Position numbers and translations under genes: made by a program. DNA of 64,000 nucleotides from Trypanosoma brucei (lineage: Eukaryota): the NCBI GenBank assembly GCA_000002445.1, contig CM000208.1, positions 2,080,001-2,144,000 of the forward strand, in the 5' to 3' direction. Shown piece after piece: positions 63,657-64,000 of the stretch. Position 1 is the first letter of the stretch. Each line of letters starts with the position of its first letter. The notes under the pieces were generated by a model that saw nothing but the letters and a program-made list of their open reading frames with translations, searched no databases and was not told the origin of the DNA.

Positions 63657-64000
63657 AGAAGGAATCATGTGTAGACGTTGTGTTTTAGTGGAGACGGATG
63701 AAGCACACTGTCCTGAACACACATAGAGATACTATAAAAAATACAAATATATAAAGAAAGTGGGGGAGCAGTGAGAAACAGTAGGGTGAAAAGTCCTCCT
63801 GAAGCGCGAAAGTTTCCGGAGAAGGGAACGCTGGTGAGGGAGTTGTTGATACTTGTTGTTAGAGAGAAATAATAAATATGAAATAGAAGAAAAAATAATA
63901 TGGATGAGCATCGTGAAAAGTATATGAATACATCCTTGAAGGCGTTGCCAAACCCGTGTGCAGGTATCATTGACCGCCTTGTTACTATAAATGGGAAAGG

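Noticed and set aside
1-64000. Prokaryotic-type defence island, operon or mobile element (as hinted by the task).
   Set aside because: The sequence is eukaryotic (kinetoplastid) with monocistronic-sized genes processed from a polycistron. There are no RBS/operon structures, CRISPR repeats, integrases, transposases, or ingi/RIME/SIRE/VIPER-like retroelement signatures.

Overview
This window reads as nuclear chromosomal DNA from a kinetoplastid, most likely a Trypanosoma species. The basis is the density of long intron-less ORFs, poly-pyrimidine tracts followed by AG ahead of each ORF (the usual trans-splicing acceptor context), abundant (GT)n/(CA)n/(AT)n microsatellites in intergenic stretches, and protein similarities typical of trypanosomatids. 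Every convincing gene lies on the + strand (about 25 CDS), so the window sits inside one directional polycistronic transcription unit with no strand-switch region. I found no rRNA, tRNA, CRISPR, transposon or retroposon (ingi/RIME/SIRE/L1Tc-like) signal, and no prokaryote-style defence or operon system, so the hint of a 'novel system' is not supported in that sense.

Genes recognised with good confidence:
- DnaJB/Sis1-like Hsp40 (3' part)
- Rab23-like GTPase
- a divergent Rab-like pseudo-GTPase with a long acidic tail
- ARL2-like GTPase
- Kelch beta-propeller protein
- FG-repeat protein with a C-terminal Ran-binding domain (Nup50/Nup2-like)
- Fis1 tail-anchored fission protein
- CTU1/Ncs6 tRNA 2-thiolation protein
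- centrin-like EF-hand protein
- ABC1/ADCK (UbiB-family) kinase
- two paralogous TBC1D10-like Rab-GAPs
- OTU1/YOD1-like deubiquitinase
- Apd1/Aim32-type thioredoxin-like ferredoxin
- a degenerate enoyl-CoA hydratase/3-hydroxyacyl-CoA dehydrogenase-like protein

Most notable observations:
1. A coiled-coil protein whose C-terminal half is about 16.5 near-identical 102-bp (34-aa) tandem repeats.
2. Three small GTPases in a row, one of which lacks the catalytic Gln.
3. A 2169-aa protein with two to three degenerate adenylate-kinase-like modules plus four cysteine-depleted YHS/TRASH-like modules.
4. A coiled-coil protein carrying four spaced 'SFLDFDDD' acidic-aromatic linear motifs.

The functional calls rest on recalled family motifs, not on database searches.
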